Positions 29,417 to 39,829 of a stretch of 64,000 bases of DNA are shown here, piece after piece; within the stretch, counting starts at the first letter, position 1, and every line of letters starts with the position of its first letter. Under the pieces are notes generated by a model that had not been told where the DNA came from, did not search any database, and worked only from the letters and a program-made list of their open reading frames with translations. A program made the position numbers and the translations under genes. The stretch is taken from positions 5,472,001 to 5,536,000 of the forward strand of contig OZ252100.1 in NCBI GenBank assembly GCA_965248435.1. The letters run 5' to 3'. Origin of the DNA: Candidatus Latescibacterota bacterium (GTDB lineage Bacteria; Latescibacterota; UBA2968; GCA-2709665).

Positions 29417-30652
29417 CTATTCTGTCGTATTATGCGACGTCCGCTGGGTCTTGTCTGCTGTTTTCGGTCCCTCTTGCAAGGTCTCCGGTACGAGAAATGC
29501 GAATACGCCAGCAGCCAGAAGGCCAGTGACGGACATGGCGATTGCGGCAGCGCCGAGACTGAGGATGTCGGCGAGCTTCCCGACGACGAGCGGACAGCCC
29601 ATGTGGCCGACATCTCCGATGAGGCGCCATATGCCCAGAAATTCTGCCGTTGAGGCCCTGGGTGCAAGGTCCGCACCCAGGGTCATCATCGTTCCTGAGC
29701 CCAGGCCATTTCCCAGTCCGATCGTAGACGTGACGACCAGAAGCCCTAGAAAACCATCTGTTTGGGCAATGGCAGCGGTGCCAGCGACCTGAATCAGGAA
29801 ACTGGGCACGATGGCGTACTTTCTGCCATATCGGTCCATGATTTGGCCGGCGGGATAAAACATTGACATGTCGACAAATGAGGAGATGCTCAGGATCCAG
29901 CCCAGGGACTGAACATCGAGACCGATGACGTCGGCGCCATATAGGGGAATGATAATCGGACGGGCGCTTCGAGTCATCTGAGCCAGCAGCTGCCCGGTTC
30001 CGGCGACGGTGAGCTGTCGAAACTGGGCCCGGACGATGTCCAGAAGACGAAAGGACTGCGCCCCAGAAGGCGGAGGGGTTGTCACATCCCTGTCGACGCC
30101 TTCCACAAAGATGGCGGATGCGATCATCGCCAGAGCCGCTAGACAGGCATAGACAAAGAAGGGGGTGCGAAGATTGAACGCGACTGCCAGCGCCCCGCCC
30201 ACGGCCGGGCCGGCGAAACTGCCGATGCGGTTGACACCGCCGAAGACGGCGATCGCCCGGCCCCTTCTGTGGGGAAGTGTGATGCCGGTCAGGTAGGCAT
30301 GCCTGGAGATACGCCACAGCGCGTTGCCAAAACCTGTCACCAACCTAAGCGCGACCACCTGGAAGATAGATTCTGCCCAGAAGAGGGCCAGCACGGAGAG
30401 CACCTCGAACATGATGCCGATCATCATCACGCGCTTTCTGCCTAGTTTTCTGATGAGGATTCCGGCGGGAAGGTCGCCGAGCAGCGTGCCGATGCCATCG
30501 GACGCCAGAATGATCCCAATGAGGGTATAGGAGGTGTCGAAGGTCCTGGCGTAAATCGGCAGGACAGGGATCAGCATGCCGTGGCAGAACGCGAGGATAA
30601 ACGTTGGAAGGTAGACCTGAAGGAACAGCGGGGGTTGACTTTCCGAGCTCAT
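29417..30652 (-). CDS. MFS transporter
   Basis: Multi-TM; motif A 'GQIMDRYGRK'. Confidence 0.9.
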   Translation of the reverse strand: MSSESQPPLFLQVYLPTFILAFCHGMLIPVLPIYARTFDTSYTLIGIILASDGIGTLLGDLPAGILIRKLGRKRVMMIGIMFEVLSVLALFWAESIFQVVALRLVTGFGNALWRISRHAYLTGITLPHRRGRAIAVFGGVNRIGSFAGPAVGGALAVAFNLRTPFFVYACLAALAMIASAIFVEGVDRDVTTPPPSGAQSFRLLDIVRAQFRQLTVAGTGQLLAQMTRSARPIIIPLYGADVIGLDVQSLGWILSISSFVDMSMFYPAGQIMDRYGRKYAIVPSFLIQVAGTAAIAQTDGFLGLLVVTSTIGLGNGLGSGTMMTLGADLAPRASTAEFLGIWRLIGDVGHMGCPLVVGKLADILSLGAAAIAMSVTGLLAAGVFAFLVPETLQEGPKTADKTQRTSHNTTE

Positions 30653-30784
30653 GGCAGTTCGTAACCAGTCAAGTTCGTGGGCGGAAGACAGGGGGCAATG
30701 GTAGCATCAACACCAATTCTTGTCAAGAAATGAGACAACGGAGGTGGATTTTGGGACGGTTTTCTATCCCGCTAACCCTGGTGG

Positions 30785-32152
30785 GTGACCGTGTCCGTTT
30801 CTGAAGGACCCGAACCCTCCCAACATCGCCGGATTCTCAGGTTGGCCGCTCCGAATTTAGTGGCCAATCTCTCCGTACCCCTCGTGGGAATCGTGGATAC
30901 GGCACTCGTCGGACATCTTCCAGAAGTGGCCTTAATGGGGGCTGTGGCCGTAGCGAGCGTGATCTTCGATGTCTTCTACGCGGGCCTTGGATTCTTGCGA
31001 ATGGGTACGACCTCGTTGACTGCGCAGTATCACGGTGCGAGGCAGCGTGGCCGGTGTGCGGAGGTACTCTGTCTCGCTGGCGTCCTCGCCATTTGTCTTG
31101 GGCTCGTGATCATCCTGCTCAGCGGGGGAATCGCGAACCTTGGGTTCAAACTGGTGGGGGCGTCTGAGGCCGTTGAATTCTGGGGGAAGGGCTATTTCGA
31201 AGTCCGAGTCTACGGCGCGCCGTTTGTCCTGCTAACCTTCGTCCTGATTGGATTCTTCAGGGGCATCGCAGACGTCGTCACCCCGATGTGGATGACTGTG
31301 ATTATCACGGCGCTGAACGTGTTTGGGGATTACGCGTTAATCTACGGCAAGTTCGGTGCACCGGCGCTCGGTATTCAGGGCGCTGCCTGGGCATCGGTTC
31401 TGGCCACACTTGCCGGCCTGCTCTATGGGTGTTGCGTGCTCGCGTGGAGGTATCGTGGCTACCTGGCCCTCCGAGTCGGGGATCGAAAACAGATCAGGCG
31501 GCTGTTGGTAACGAACCTGGACCTGTTTGGGCGCACGGCCTGCCTTCTATTCGCCCAATTTTTCGTACTGACGGTCGTGGGCCGACTTGGAGAGACTGCG
31601 CTGGCGGCGAACGCCATCGTGTGGCAGGTCTGGTTTCTGGTGAGCAACTCCGTGGATGCGGCTGCCTATGCAGCAGAAACGCTGGTGGGAAATTACCTGG
31701 GGGCACGGGAGTTTGTGAAGGCCAGGCAAATCTCGGGCAGATGCCTGCTCTGGGGTGCTGTGATGGGTCTTGGATTTGCCGGGGCCTATGGAGTGGCGAT
31801 GGAACCGATTGCCAGGGGGTTTACGCGCCACGAGGATGTCGTGGTTTTGGTCGTCTCCCTCACGTTCTGGGTCGCTGCCGTCCAGCCTCTAAACGGACTC
31901 GCCTACGTGCTGGACGGGATCTTCATTGGGGCAAACGATACCCGCCATCTCTTCCTGGCGATGGCCATCTCTGCGTTCGGGGTTTTCCTGCCTGCAACCC
32001 TGGTATTCGTTTACGGAATGAACCTCGGGCTGAAAGGGGCCTGGATGGGCTACAACGCACTGATGGTCGCCAGACTCGCGACGCTTTCCCTCCGCTATCG
32101 GGGTAACCGGTGGGTAGGGAGCTTGGTTGAGCGGGCGGAACCGCCTCCTTGA
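30785..32152 (+). CDS. MATE family efflux transporter (DinF-like)
   Basis: 'LSVPLVGIVDTALVGHL', 'FLRMGTT', 'LDGIFIG'. Confidence 0.92.
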   Translation: MTVSVSEGPEPSQHRRILRLAAPNLVANLSVPLVGIVDTALVGHLPEVALMGAVAVASVIFDVFYAGLGFLRMGTTSLTAQYHGARQRGRCAEVLCLAGVLAICLGLVIILLSGGIANLGFKLVGASEAVEFWGKGYFEVRVYGAPFVLLTFVLIGFFRGIADVVTPMWMTVIITALNVFGDYALIYGKFGAPALGIQGAAWASVLATLAGLLYGCCVLAWRYRGYLALRVGDRKQIRRLLVTNLDLFGRTACLLFAQFFVLTVVGRLGETALAANAIVWQVWFLVSNSVDAAAYAAETLVGNYLGAREFVKARQISGRCLLWGAVMGLGFAGAYGVAMEPIARGFTRHEDVVVLVVSLTFWVAAVQPLNGLAYVLDGIFIGANDTRHLFLAMAISAFGVFLPATLVFVYGMNLGLKGAWMGYNALMVARLATLSLRYRGNRWVGSLVERAEPPP

Positions 32153-32189
32153 CCTGGAACAACCCCGCACACGGGTTGTCGGCTTTCCC

Positions 32190-32218
32190 TTGACAGGAGC
32201 AACATGAGCGGTTAAATT
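32190..32218 (+). promoter_or_regulatory. sigma70-like promoter
   Basis: TTGACA-N17-TAAATT upstream of the 32296 gene. Confidence 0.6.
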
Positions 32219-32295
32219 TCAGTGCAAACTCCGTGTTTAAACGATGATATCGGTCCTGAGAAGCTGACTCGGAGTACCACCAGGGGGTATTCACA

Positions 32296-33645
32296 ATGGC
32301 TTTGTTCGGAAAAAAGGAGAAAGAGGCCAAGGGAAAAGCGGCCCCTTCTGAAGGGCTGTCTTTCAACCGGGTGCAGGTTGTATCGAAGCCCGAGATCCTG
32401 GCAAAGCTCCTCAAGGGCCTCAAAGAGGAGGTCGTCGAAACAGACGTCGCCAGGGAAAAACTGAAGGCGGCATCCCTGGTCAGTGGCCGGGGTCGGGGAA
32501 CGATTTATAACTACATCATGTACAATTTCAAGAAGGGGCCAAGGCCGGTTGTGATCGTGAGTTCCCCAAGGTCTCAAACGGGGGGAAATTTCGTGCCCGC
32601 GGACAACCCCCTCGAACCCGGGGAGAAGATCGAGTTCACATACACCATGTCGCTGCCCGAGGCGGATGGGAACACGCTCTATTTCAGCGGTCGGGGGGCC
32701 TACCTACAGACGGCGATCTATATTCCGAATCCCGAGGACCCGAGCAAACCCTGGATCGCCTCGAGGGAGATCACCGAAAAGAAGAAGGGCGCAGGGGCCT
32801 TGAAGCAAGGAGAGGAAGTCTTGCAGGTTCGAGTCGACCAACTGACGGTCTATCCCCACGGTCCAGAATCTTTCACGAGCGATCAGTTTGGTCCTTACGT
32901 CTTTGCTCCAAAGCTCTATGTGCTTGCAGGGGGTGGGGTTTGGGCCAAGCGGGGCGGGGCTGGCTACTTTGAGGGAATCCCGGACGATCTGAGCAAGTAT
33001 CTGGAAAAGGTCGAAGAGATGAAAACGATTTCCGGAATTACCCTGGTCGAGTTCGGCGTGGATCAGATCACGATGCTCGTCAACGAGCGTATGCTGGTCG
33101 GGATCGAACATGACTCTCTGCTTCCGTCTGTCCTGAAAAAGCCGAATGATCACCTGCAGCAGATCAATTCCGGACTGGGATTCCTTCTGAAGTTCGAGGT
33201 CGGAGACGGGGTGAAAGAGCTGATTATGAGGACCTTTCCACAGAAGGTCGGGAAGGAAGTGGAGATATACCTGCCGCTTACCTTGGGTTTCCTCACCGAG
33301 GCGGAACCCCCGAAAGAACGCGCGGTCTTCCAGGTTTTCCCCAGAGATCTGATCGTAGAGATCAACCCGGCACGCCGTAAGACCGCGCCGGGTCTGAAGT
33401 TTGTCCCGCCTTTCACCCTGCACCCGAACGCCGAGGACCAGAATACCTATCGAAAGCTGATGGTGGCGATTGGCCAGCGGATGAAGGATGACAGCCGCCC
33501 TGAAGAGGAGCGAAACAAGCTGGCATCTGTTCAGGCGCAGGTCATGCAGCGTCGGGAACAGACCAAGGGTAAGTACGTCGACGAAAAGATGAAGAAGGCG
33601 TTTCAGTCAAGACAGGAGGCCAGGAAACGAAAGGATCAGGCATAG
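32296..33645 (+). CDS. Hypothetical cytoplasmic protein
   Basis: 449-aa ORF with own promoter, RBS and terminator; no family recognised. Confidence 0.75.
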   Translation: MALFGKKEKEAKGKAAPSEGLSFNRVQVVSKPEILAKLLKGLKEEVVETDVAREKLKAASLVSGRGRGTIYNYIMYNFKKGPRPVVIVSSPRSQTGGNFVPADNPLEPGEKIEFTYTMSLPEADGNTLYFSGRGAYLQTAIYIPNPEDPSKPWIASREITEKKKGAGALKQGEEVLQVRVDQLTVYPHGPESFTSDQFGPYVFAPKLYVLAGGGVWAKRGGAGYFEGIPDDLSKYLEKVEEMKTISGITLVEFGVDQITMLVNERMLVGIEHDSLLPSVLKKPNDHLQQINSGLGFLLKFEVGDGVKELIMRTFPQKVGKEVEIYLPLTLGFLTEAEPPKERAVFQVFPRDLIVEINPARRKTAPGLKFVPPFTLHPNAEDQNTYRKLMVAIGQRMKDDSRPEEERNKLASVQAQVMQRREQTKGKYVDEKMKKAFQSRQEARKRKDQA

Positions 33646-33676
33646 AGGGCGTTCGAGCCCCTCAACCTATCCGACG

Positions 33677-33717
33677 AACCGCCTGGTTAGGAGGTTTTCC
33701 TACCCGGGCGGTTTTTT
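33677..33717 (+). terminator. Intrinsic terminator
   Basis: AACCGCCTGG...CCGGGCGGTT plus T-run. Confidence 0.7.
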
Positions 33718-33744
33718 GTAACCGCACCAAAGAGAGGGGGCAGC

Positions 33745-34720
33745 TTGAAAATCGTATTGTTACCACCTGCCGGTAAGGAGTTCAGCGATCGAGTGAAAGA
33801 GGTCGCGCCTGAGGCAGACATTGTGGTGCACCCTGACGAAGAAACGGCGGTATCGGCCGTTGCAGATGCCGAGGTTATCCTGGGAGCCGTTCCGCCTCGC
33901 GAGGTCTTTCAGGCCGCGAAGCGGCTGCGTTGGTTTCAGACCGTATCTGCCGGGATGGATCGACTGTTCAAGATCCCTGAGCTTCGGGAAGGGGACTTCG
34001 CCCTTACGAACGGGAGTGGTCCACGGGACCCAGGTGGCCGAACTGGCGTGGGCGTTCACCTTGGCGCTTTTCAAGCAGATCCCAGCATTTTCTCGTAGCC
34101 AAAGCGCCCGGGAATGGGAAAGAGAGACACACAGGCCAAAGGATCTTTGCGGATCGACGGTAGGGATTGTCGGTTTCGGAGGGATCGGTCGCCAGTTTGC
34201 GAAGCGAGCTCTGGCATTCGAAATGCGTGTCCTGGCGGTGGACGTTCAGCCGTCTTCAAAGCCAGAGAACATAGAGGCTCTGTGGGGCATAAATCGACTC
34301 GATGACCTGCTTAAGGAGGCCGATGTGGTCTTCCTGGCCTGTCCGCATACTCCGGAGACAGATAAGCTCATCGACGCCCGGGCGCTTCGGCTAATGAAAA
34401 AGAGCGCCTTCCTCGTGAACACCGCCAGAGGTGGGATCGTGGATGAGGCTGCGCTCGTTGCGGCGCTTCGCGAACGAGAGATTTCGGGGGCAGGCCTGGA
34501 TGTGTTTGAAGAAGAACCCTTGCCTGAAAGCAGTCCACTGTGGGAAATGGAGAACGTAATGCTCACGCCTCACGTGGCGGGTGGGTCGGTGCACAGGCCC
34601 GGGCGAGTGATCGATCTATTTTGTGAGAACCTGAGTCGTTACCTTGCGGGGTCTTCGCTTCTGAATGAGGTAGACAGGAAACTGGGGTACCCTCGTACGG
34701 ACCAGCGGGTGGGCTACTAG
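33745..34720 (+). pseudogene. D-2-hydroxyacid dehydrogenase, frameshifted near 34020 (or assembly error)
   Basis: First frame ends '...LTNGSG'; second frame continues 'VHGTQVAE...GFGGIG...VNTARG...GLDVF...TPHVAG'. Confidence 0.8.
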
Positions 34721-34735
34721 CGTCCAAGGTGTTCA

Positions 34736-36070
34736 ATGGCAGAGATCAGACCGTTTCGTGGGATTCGCTACAACATCGACCGCATAGAGGATATGGCGCG
34801 CGTCGTCGCTCCTCCATACGACGTGATTGATGACGAGCTTCAGCGATCGCTGCACGAAGCGCATCCCCACAACATCGTTCGGCTCATCAGGGGTCTGGAC
34901 GAACCCAATGATTCCAGAACGAAGAACCGTTACACACGGGCGGCCGACTCCTACGCAGGCTGGCAGCGTGAAGGTGTCCTCGAGCGAGATTCCGAGGAGG
35001 GGTTCTATCTCTACAATCAGGATTTCGAAATTGCAGGTCCTGCAGGACCTGCTCGAAAGTCGAGGTTAGGGCTGGTCGCGCTCGTGAACGCCGAGGTCTT
35101 TGGTGAGGGTCAGGTCCTCCCACACGAGTATACCATGCCTGCGCCGAAGGCGGACCGGTTGGAGCTGATGCGCCACACGCAAGCGGCATTCGGCCAGATT
35201 TTTTCTCTCTATTCCGACCCACAGGGCGGCGTCCGAAGGGCCGTTAGGCGTCATCTGGAGACGCCACCCCTTTTCTCGTTTACAGATCCTGAGGGCGTAA
35301 CGCACAGTTTCTGGAGAATCACGGATCGGTCTACTATCGGCAAAGTGAGAGAGCGGCTGTCCTCCAAGCAGCTTTTCATCGCTGACGGACACCACAGATA
35401 CGAAACCGCAGTGGCCTACAAACAGGAACGCGCCGTAGCCGAAAAGGCAGGTGCAGAAGATCGAGCATACGAATACTCCATGCAGACACTGGTAAACATG
35501 GACGATCCGGAAGGGATGGCGATCAATCCGATTCATCGTGTCGTCTTTAATCTTGGCGAGGACGGGCCGAGCAAGCTGGCATCTGGACTGCGAGCGCTCT
35601 TTGAAACGGAAAGCCGCCTTTTCACTGGAGTCCAGGAAGTCCGGCAGGAACTCTTGAGAAGAAGGAGGCACGGACACCCGGTGTTCGCATTCGTGGGAGG
35701 GGGGGATCGGGAAGTCCATTACCTGCGTCTCAAGCCCTCGGTAGATGTATCAGAACTGGATCGAGGAGGACATTCCGATGCCTGGCAGAGCCTTGGTTCC
35801 GGGCTGTTGCAGCTCGTCCTTTCGCACGTTCTGGACCTCGATACCGAAACGCTGATTCGGGGCGAGAAAGTAAAATTCGTGAAGGTGGAGTCAGAGGTCA
35901 TGAGGCTGCTGAAAGAAGCGCCTGATCGGGCGGGGTTCTTCCTGAACCCTGTGGAGATGGGACAGTTACGCGAAGTCGTCCTGAGCGGAGAACGTATGCC
36001 CCCCAAGTCGACCTTTTTTTATCCCAAGGTCTACAGCGGTCTGGTCATTCAGGATCTTCAGTCATTCTAG
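34736..36070 (+). CDS. DUF1015 family protein
   Basis: 'IRPFRGIRY', 'PPYDVI', 'IADGHHRYE', 'MPPKSTFFYPK'. Confidence 0.92.
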   Translation: MAEIRPFRGIRYNIDRIEDMARVVAPPYDVIDDELQRSLHEAHPHNIVRLIRGLDEPNDSRTKNRYTRAADSYAGWQREGVLERDSEEGFYLYNQDFEIAGPAGPARKSRLGLVALVNAEVFGEGQVLPHEYTMPAPKADRLELMRHTQAAFGQIFSLYSDPQGGVRRAVRRHLETPPLFSFTDPEGVTHSFWRITDRSTIGKVRERLSSKQLFIADGHHRYETAVAYKQERAVAEKAGAEDRAYEYSMQTLVNMDDPEGMAINPIHRVVFNLGEDGPSKLASGLRALFETESRLFTGVQEVRQELLRRRRHGHPVFAFVGGGDREVHYLRLKPSVDVSELDRGGHSDAWQSLGSGLLQLVLSHVLDLDTETLIRGEKVKFVKVESEVMRLLKEAPDRAGFFLNPVEMGQLREVVLSGERMPPKSTFFYPKVYSGLVIQDLQSF

Positions 36071-36162
36071 ATTGCCAACGAACGGTTGGCCCTGAACCAT
36101 CTATTGCAGAAGGGCGGTTCAATCCGAGACAGGGTAATTCTCCTAAAAGCAGGGGCAGATCG

Positions 36163-36192
36163 CGTAGGGGCACGGCAAGCCGTGCCCCTACG
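36163..36192. repeat. GTAG-type REP palindrome
   Basis: CGTAGGGGCACGGC-AA-GCCGTGCCCCTACG. Confidence 0.75.
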
Positions 36193-36263
36193 TCTACTCA
36201 AGGCACCTGAGCAGGTGTCAGCAGAAAGGTCCGGGTGATTTTATTAGCCTGACAGTCTTCGGC

Positions 36264-37091
36264 ATGGTGCTCGTTGCTGCGATCGCACACTCGGTATGGA
36301 ATTTTGCCGCAAGAAAGGTGGCTGGGAATGTGGGAGTGATCTGGCTCTCGGCCTGGGCTGCTGGCATTTTCTTACTTCCGTTTGCGATCGCCGTTCCCGT
36401 GTCTATGGAGTCCGTCGTGCGGGTTCTGCCTTTTGTGCTGGGAACAGGCATAATTCATTCGATCTACTTCCTGTTGATTGCCAAGTCGTATGAGAAGGGA
36501 GAGATCTCTTTTGTGTATCCCGTTGCACGGGGCACCGGTGTCGCTCTGACAGCAGTCTTGGCGGTGGTCATCGTTCGGGAAGAGATTTCGTGGACGGGTG
36601 GGCTCGGGGTCATCGCCATAACAGCGGGCATTCTCCTCCTGGGGCTGAATAGCTCACAGGCCGACGGAAAACTCGCGACGGGACTCTACGCGCTGTGTGT
36701 CGGTTCGACGATCGCTGGCTACTCCATCGTGGATAAATTGGGGGTTGAACGGATTCATCCTGTCTTGTATCTATGTGCAATTTTCCTTCTCTCGGGGCTG
36801 TTTTTGTCTCCGTATGTAATCGTGCGTCATACCCAGGTTTGTTTAGAAGCCATAAATGGACTCAAGAAATATATTCTGATCATAGGCTTGGGTTCGTTGA
36901 CATCATATTTGATCATTCTCTCCTGTTTTCAGATCGGCAATGTCAGTTACATCGTCGCCGTCCGGGAATTTGGGGTTGTGATCGGTTCAGCGTTGGGGTT
37001 TGTTTTCCTTAAAGAGGAGCTGACGCCAAGAAAGGGTCTGGGCATCGTTGTGATTACGCTGGGCATGATGATCGTGAAATTCGGTGGATGA
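36264..37091 (+). CDS. DMT/EamA family transporter
   Basis: 'HSVWNF', 'SFVYPVARGTG', 'YSIVDK', 'VAVRE'. Confidence 0.9.
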   Translation: MVLVAAIAHSVWNFAARKVAGNVGVIWLSAWAAGIFLLPFAIAVPVSMESVVRVLPFVLGTGIIHSIYFLLIAKSYEKGEISFVYPVARGTGVALTAVLAVVIVREEISWTGGLGVIAITAGILLLGLNSSQADGKLATGLYALCVGSTIAGYSIVDKLGVERIHPVLYLCAIFLLSGLFLSPYVIVRHTQVCLEAINGLKKYILIIGLGSLTSYLIILSCFQIGNVSYIVAVREFGVVIGSALGFVFLKEELTPRKGLGIVVITLGMMIVKFGG

Positions 37092-37276
37092 CGAGGGCTT
37101 CTCAGCCTCACGAATGACCAAAAATCGCTTTACAGGGTGTTGGGGCTTGCCTATCTTGGATATCACTGTCCAGGCTGAGATTTGCCTTAAGTGATTCTGA
37201 AAATATATTGTGGGACAATACACTACAGGCGTTCCCCGTTGGACTCCTTTCAAGTGTTTCCTGCCGGACCGATCAC

Positions 37277-39829
37277 ATGTCGAAACCCGCTCTCTTCGTC
37301 ATCCCGTTTTCCCGTCTGACCCGCTTTGGGCTGGGCGATGAAGAGGCGTGCCTCTCGAGGGGGGTAGGGGTTATCTCGAAGGCGCTCAGCCTGCTGGAAA
37401 ACCGCCCTGAATTTCACCTTCTGATAGAAACCTTGGTATTTGTCGACCACTATCTGAAGGTTCACCCCGAGGACGTGAATCGGGTTCGAAAGCACATCGC
37501 CGATGGTCGTCTGGAGGTGGGTGCAGCCTGGGCTGAGATCGGCCAGAATTTACAGATCGGGGAGGATCTGATTCGAAACCTGATCTATGGGAATCGATTT
37601 GCCGAGGAGACGCTTCACGTCACCCCCCGCGCGGTGCATGTGGGCGCAGCACCCGGATGGACCCCACAATTCCCGCAGATTGCGAGGAAGAGCGGGCTTT
37701 CGGAAGCCGTTTTTACGAGGTGCGGTCCAAGGGGAGAGTCGCTGCGTCGATGGGAAGGCCTGGACGGGTCGCAAATCGGGGTTTGGCACGCGGTGTTTGG
37801 CCACGATCTGCTCTGGGAGCGGGTTCGAGGGTCGAAGCGTGGAGGGGACGAGTTGAGGGAATTGGACAAGACCTCGCATCTGCCCATCCATTGGGGCAGT
37901 GAGTTGGTGCAGTTTTCCGAAGAGAGCCTGGATGCGCTTCAGGAATGGGCGAAAGCGGAAGGCGTGGAGATCACTCTAGGGACGTTTGGAACGTTTGCTG
38001 AGACGGAGCCTTTCCACGACTCGCTCCCCGTGTGGTCTGGAGAGATCCCCACATTACGTCCGTTCGTCGAATCCCTCTATCCCGGGGTCGTGCCTCTGGG
38101 TGTCCCAGCGGTGCACGCCCTCCTGAGGGCTGAGCAGATGGCCACGGCGGCACTTACGCTGTGTGGGCTCCCTTACCCGGCCGGCCCGATCCAGAAGACG
38201 TGGCTTCGACAGCTGAGTGCGATGGACCTCTACTTTGACGGTCCCGGGCTATCCGAGGTCCTCAGTCGAAAGTGGCAATCCCAACAGATGACCATCTGGA
38301 CGGCGGAGGAGGTCTTGCGGTCTGCCGAGATATGCATCGCGGAGGGCATACGGCCCCAAGAGGGTCCCCCGGGAACCCTCCCTATGGTGGTTTTCAACTC
38401 GCTTTCCTGGTCAAGGACAGATCTTGCAGAGGCGCACGCGGTGTTTTACGGTGAGTCCGATGCAACCGATTTCAGTCGCTACGAGAGATATAAGGTAGTA
38501 GACGCCGACGGCAAGACAGTCTCCACGCAGGAGCTTGAAAGCCGACAGACCGAGACTGCGGAGGTTCGATTCATCTTTATGGCCACCGACGTCCCCCCGA
38601 ACGGATATGCTACATACTACCTGATTCCGGATGTGCCTGAGTCGGGTCGGGTCGTGAATATCGAGTCGCCAGGAATGATGCATCCCGATTTTCCCGAGCC
38701 GAAATTCGTCATCGACGACGCAGAGGATCGGATCTCTGAACCCTACCGTGGAGTGCGGATCGGGCGCAGGCTGGCAAGCCGATTCTACACGCTGGATGTG
38801 GACGAGGTCACCGGGCGTGTCTCGCTGATCGACCGTAACTCGGACCGAATGCTCCTTGGAGGGATCCACCTGGTGGGCCGGGAAGAATCGATGAATGAGG
38901 GCCTCGACCAGTACGACTATACCGGGAGGCGCTTCGAGATGGATGTGGACCGAGTGGAGTTGGAAGAGAGCGGCGAGGTTCGTGCCACACTGGCGATCGA
39001 CGGGCGAATTCTGAATTCTCCCTTTCAGTCCAGGATAACCATTTACGGGGCCTTGAATCGGGTGGACCTCAGCGTGCGTCTCCAGTGGCAGGATGACAAG
39101 CCGGTTCGGGTCCAGGTCGTCTTCCCCGTGGAGTTTGAGGGTGAAACGGTTCATTATGGGGTAGCCTACGGCCACAATGAGCTTGAAAACGTAATGCAGG
39201 GATCCGATCCCTGGCGAAACGGAGATATCCGTCCCGAATCGTGGGCGAAGCAGCGCGAATGTCAGGGATGGGTCGCAATCGAATCCCAGGGTTTCGGCGC
39301 TGTGCTCGCCAGCAACAGGAGGGCGTTCGAGTTCGAAGCGGGCGAGATGCGGTCCGATATTTTGCGCTCCTGCCTCGACCCTTCTTCCTTTGCCTATCGG
39401 AGGGTATGGCGGTCCTATCCTCACGTTTGCACGAGTCATTACAGCATCAGGAGCTACACGGGAGATTTTAGGGAAGGTCTCGTCCACCGGGATGGTTGGT
39501 CTCTGAATCAGCCCCTCAGCGTCAGGGTTGTTTACGGTTCCGGGTGTGAGGGTGGCCTGCCAGACCAGTTGAGTTTTGTATCACTGGAGGGAGAAGGCGT
39601 CGTTACGACAGTCGTCAAGCCCGCGGAAGAAGGGGAGGGAATTGTCATTCGGGCTTTTGAAACCCTGGGCCGTCGCACATCTGCGAGTATTTCTTCCTAC
39701 TGTGAGATCGATTCGGCTACGGAATCGGATTTTCTGGAACGACCCATAAAGGTCGTGGATCCGAACTGTCTGGAATTTTCTCCGTTCGAAATCAAGACTG
39801 TTCGGCTTGTTTTAAGAGGGAGTGCATGA
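37277..39829 (+). CDS. Glycoside hydrolase family 38 (alpha-mannosidase)-like protein with degenerate active site
   Basis: 'GRLEVG', 'GEDLIRNL', 'WEGLDGS', 'VVFNSLSWSR', 'KPAEEG...RAFE', 'PFEIKT'. Confidence 0.8.
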   Translation: MSKPALFVIPFSRLTRFGLGDEEACLSRGVGVISKALSLLENRPEFHLLIETLVFVDHYLKVHPEDVNRVRKHIADGRLEVGAAWAEIGQNLQIGEDLIRNLIYGNRFAEETLHVTPRAVHVGAAPGWTPQFPQIARKSGLSEAVFTRCGPRGESLRRWEGLDGSQIGVWHAVFGHDLLWERVRGSKRGGDELRELDKTSHLPIHWGSELVQFSEESLDALQEWAKAEGVEITLGTFGTFAETEPFHDSLPVWSGEIPTLRPFVESLYPGVVPLGVPAVHALLRAEQMATAALTLCGLPYPAGPIQKTWLRQLSAMDLYFDGPGLSEVLSRKWQSQQMTIWTAEEVLRSAEICIAEGIRPQEGPPGTLPMVVFNSLSWSRTDLAEAHAVFYGESDATDFSRYERYKVVDADGKTVSTQELESRQTETAEVRFIFMATDVPPNGYATYYLIPDVPESGRVVNIESPGMMHPDFPEPKFVIDDAEDRISEPYRGVRIGRRLASRFYTLDVDEVTGRVSLIDRNSDRMLLGGIHLVGREESMNEGLDQYDYTGRRFEMDVDRVELEESGEVRATLAIDGRILNSPFQSRITIYGALNRVDLSVRLQWQDDKPVRVQVVFPVEFEGETVHYGVAYGHNELENVMQGSDPWRNGDIRPESWAKQRECQGWVAIESQGFGAVLASNRRAFEFEAGEMRSDILRSCLDPSSFAYRRVWRSYPHVCTSHYSIRSYTGDFREGLVHRDGWSLNQPLSVRVVYGSGCEGGLPDQLSFVSLEGEGVVTTVVKPAEEGEGIVIRAFETLGRRTSASISSYCEIDSATESDFLERPIKVVDPNCLEFSPFEIKTVRLVLRGSA

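Noticed and set aside
34005-34035. Programmed ribosomal frameshift
   Set aside because: No slippery heptamer or stimulatory structure; a simple indel explains it.
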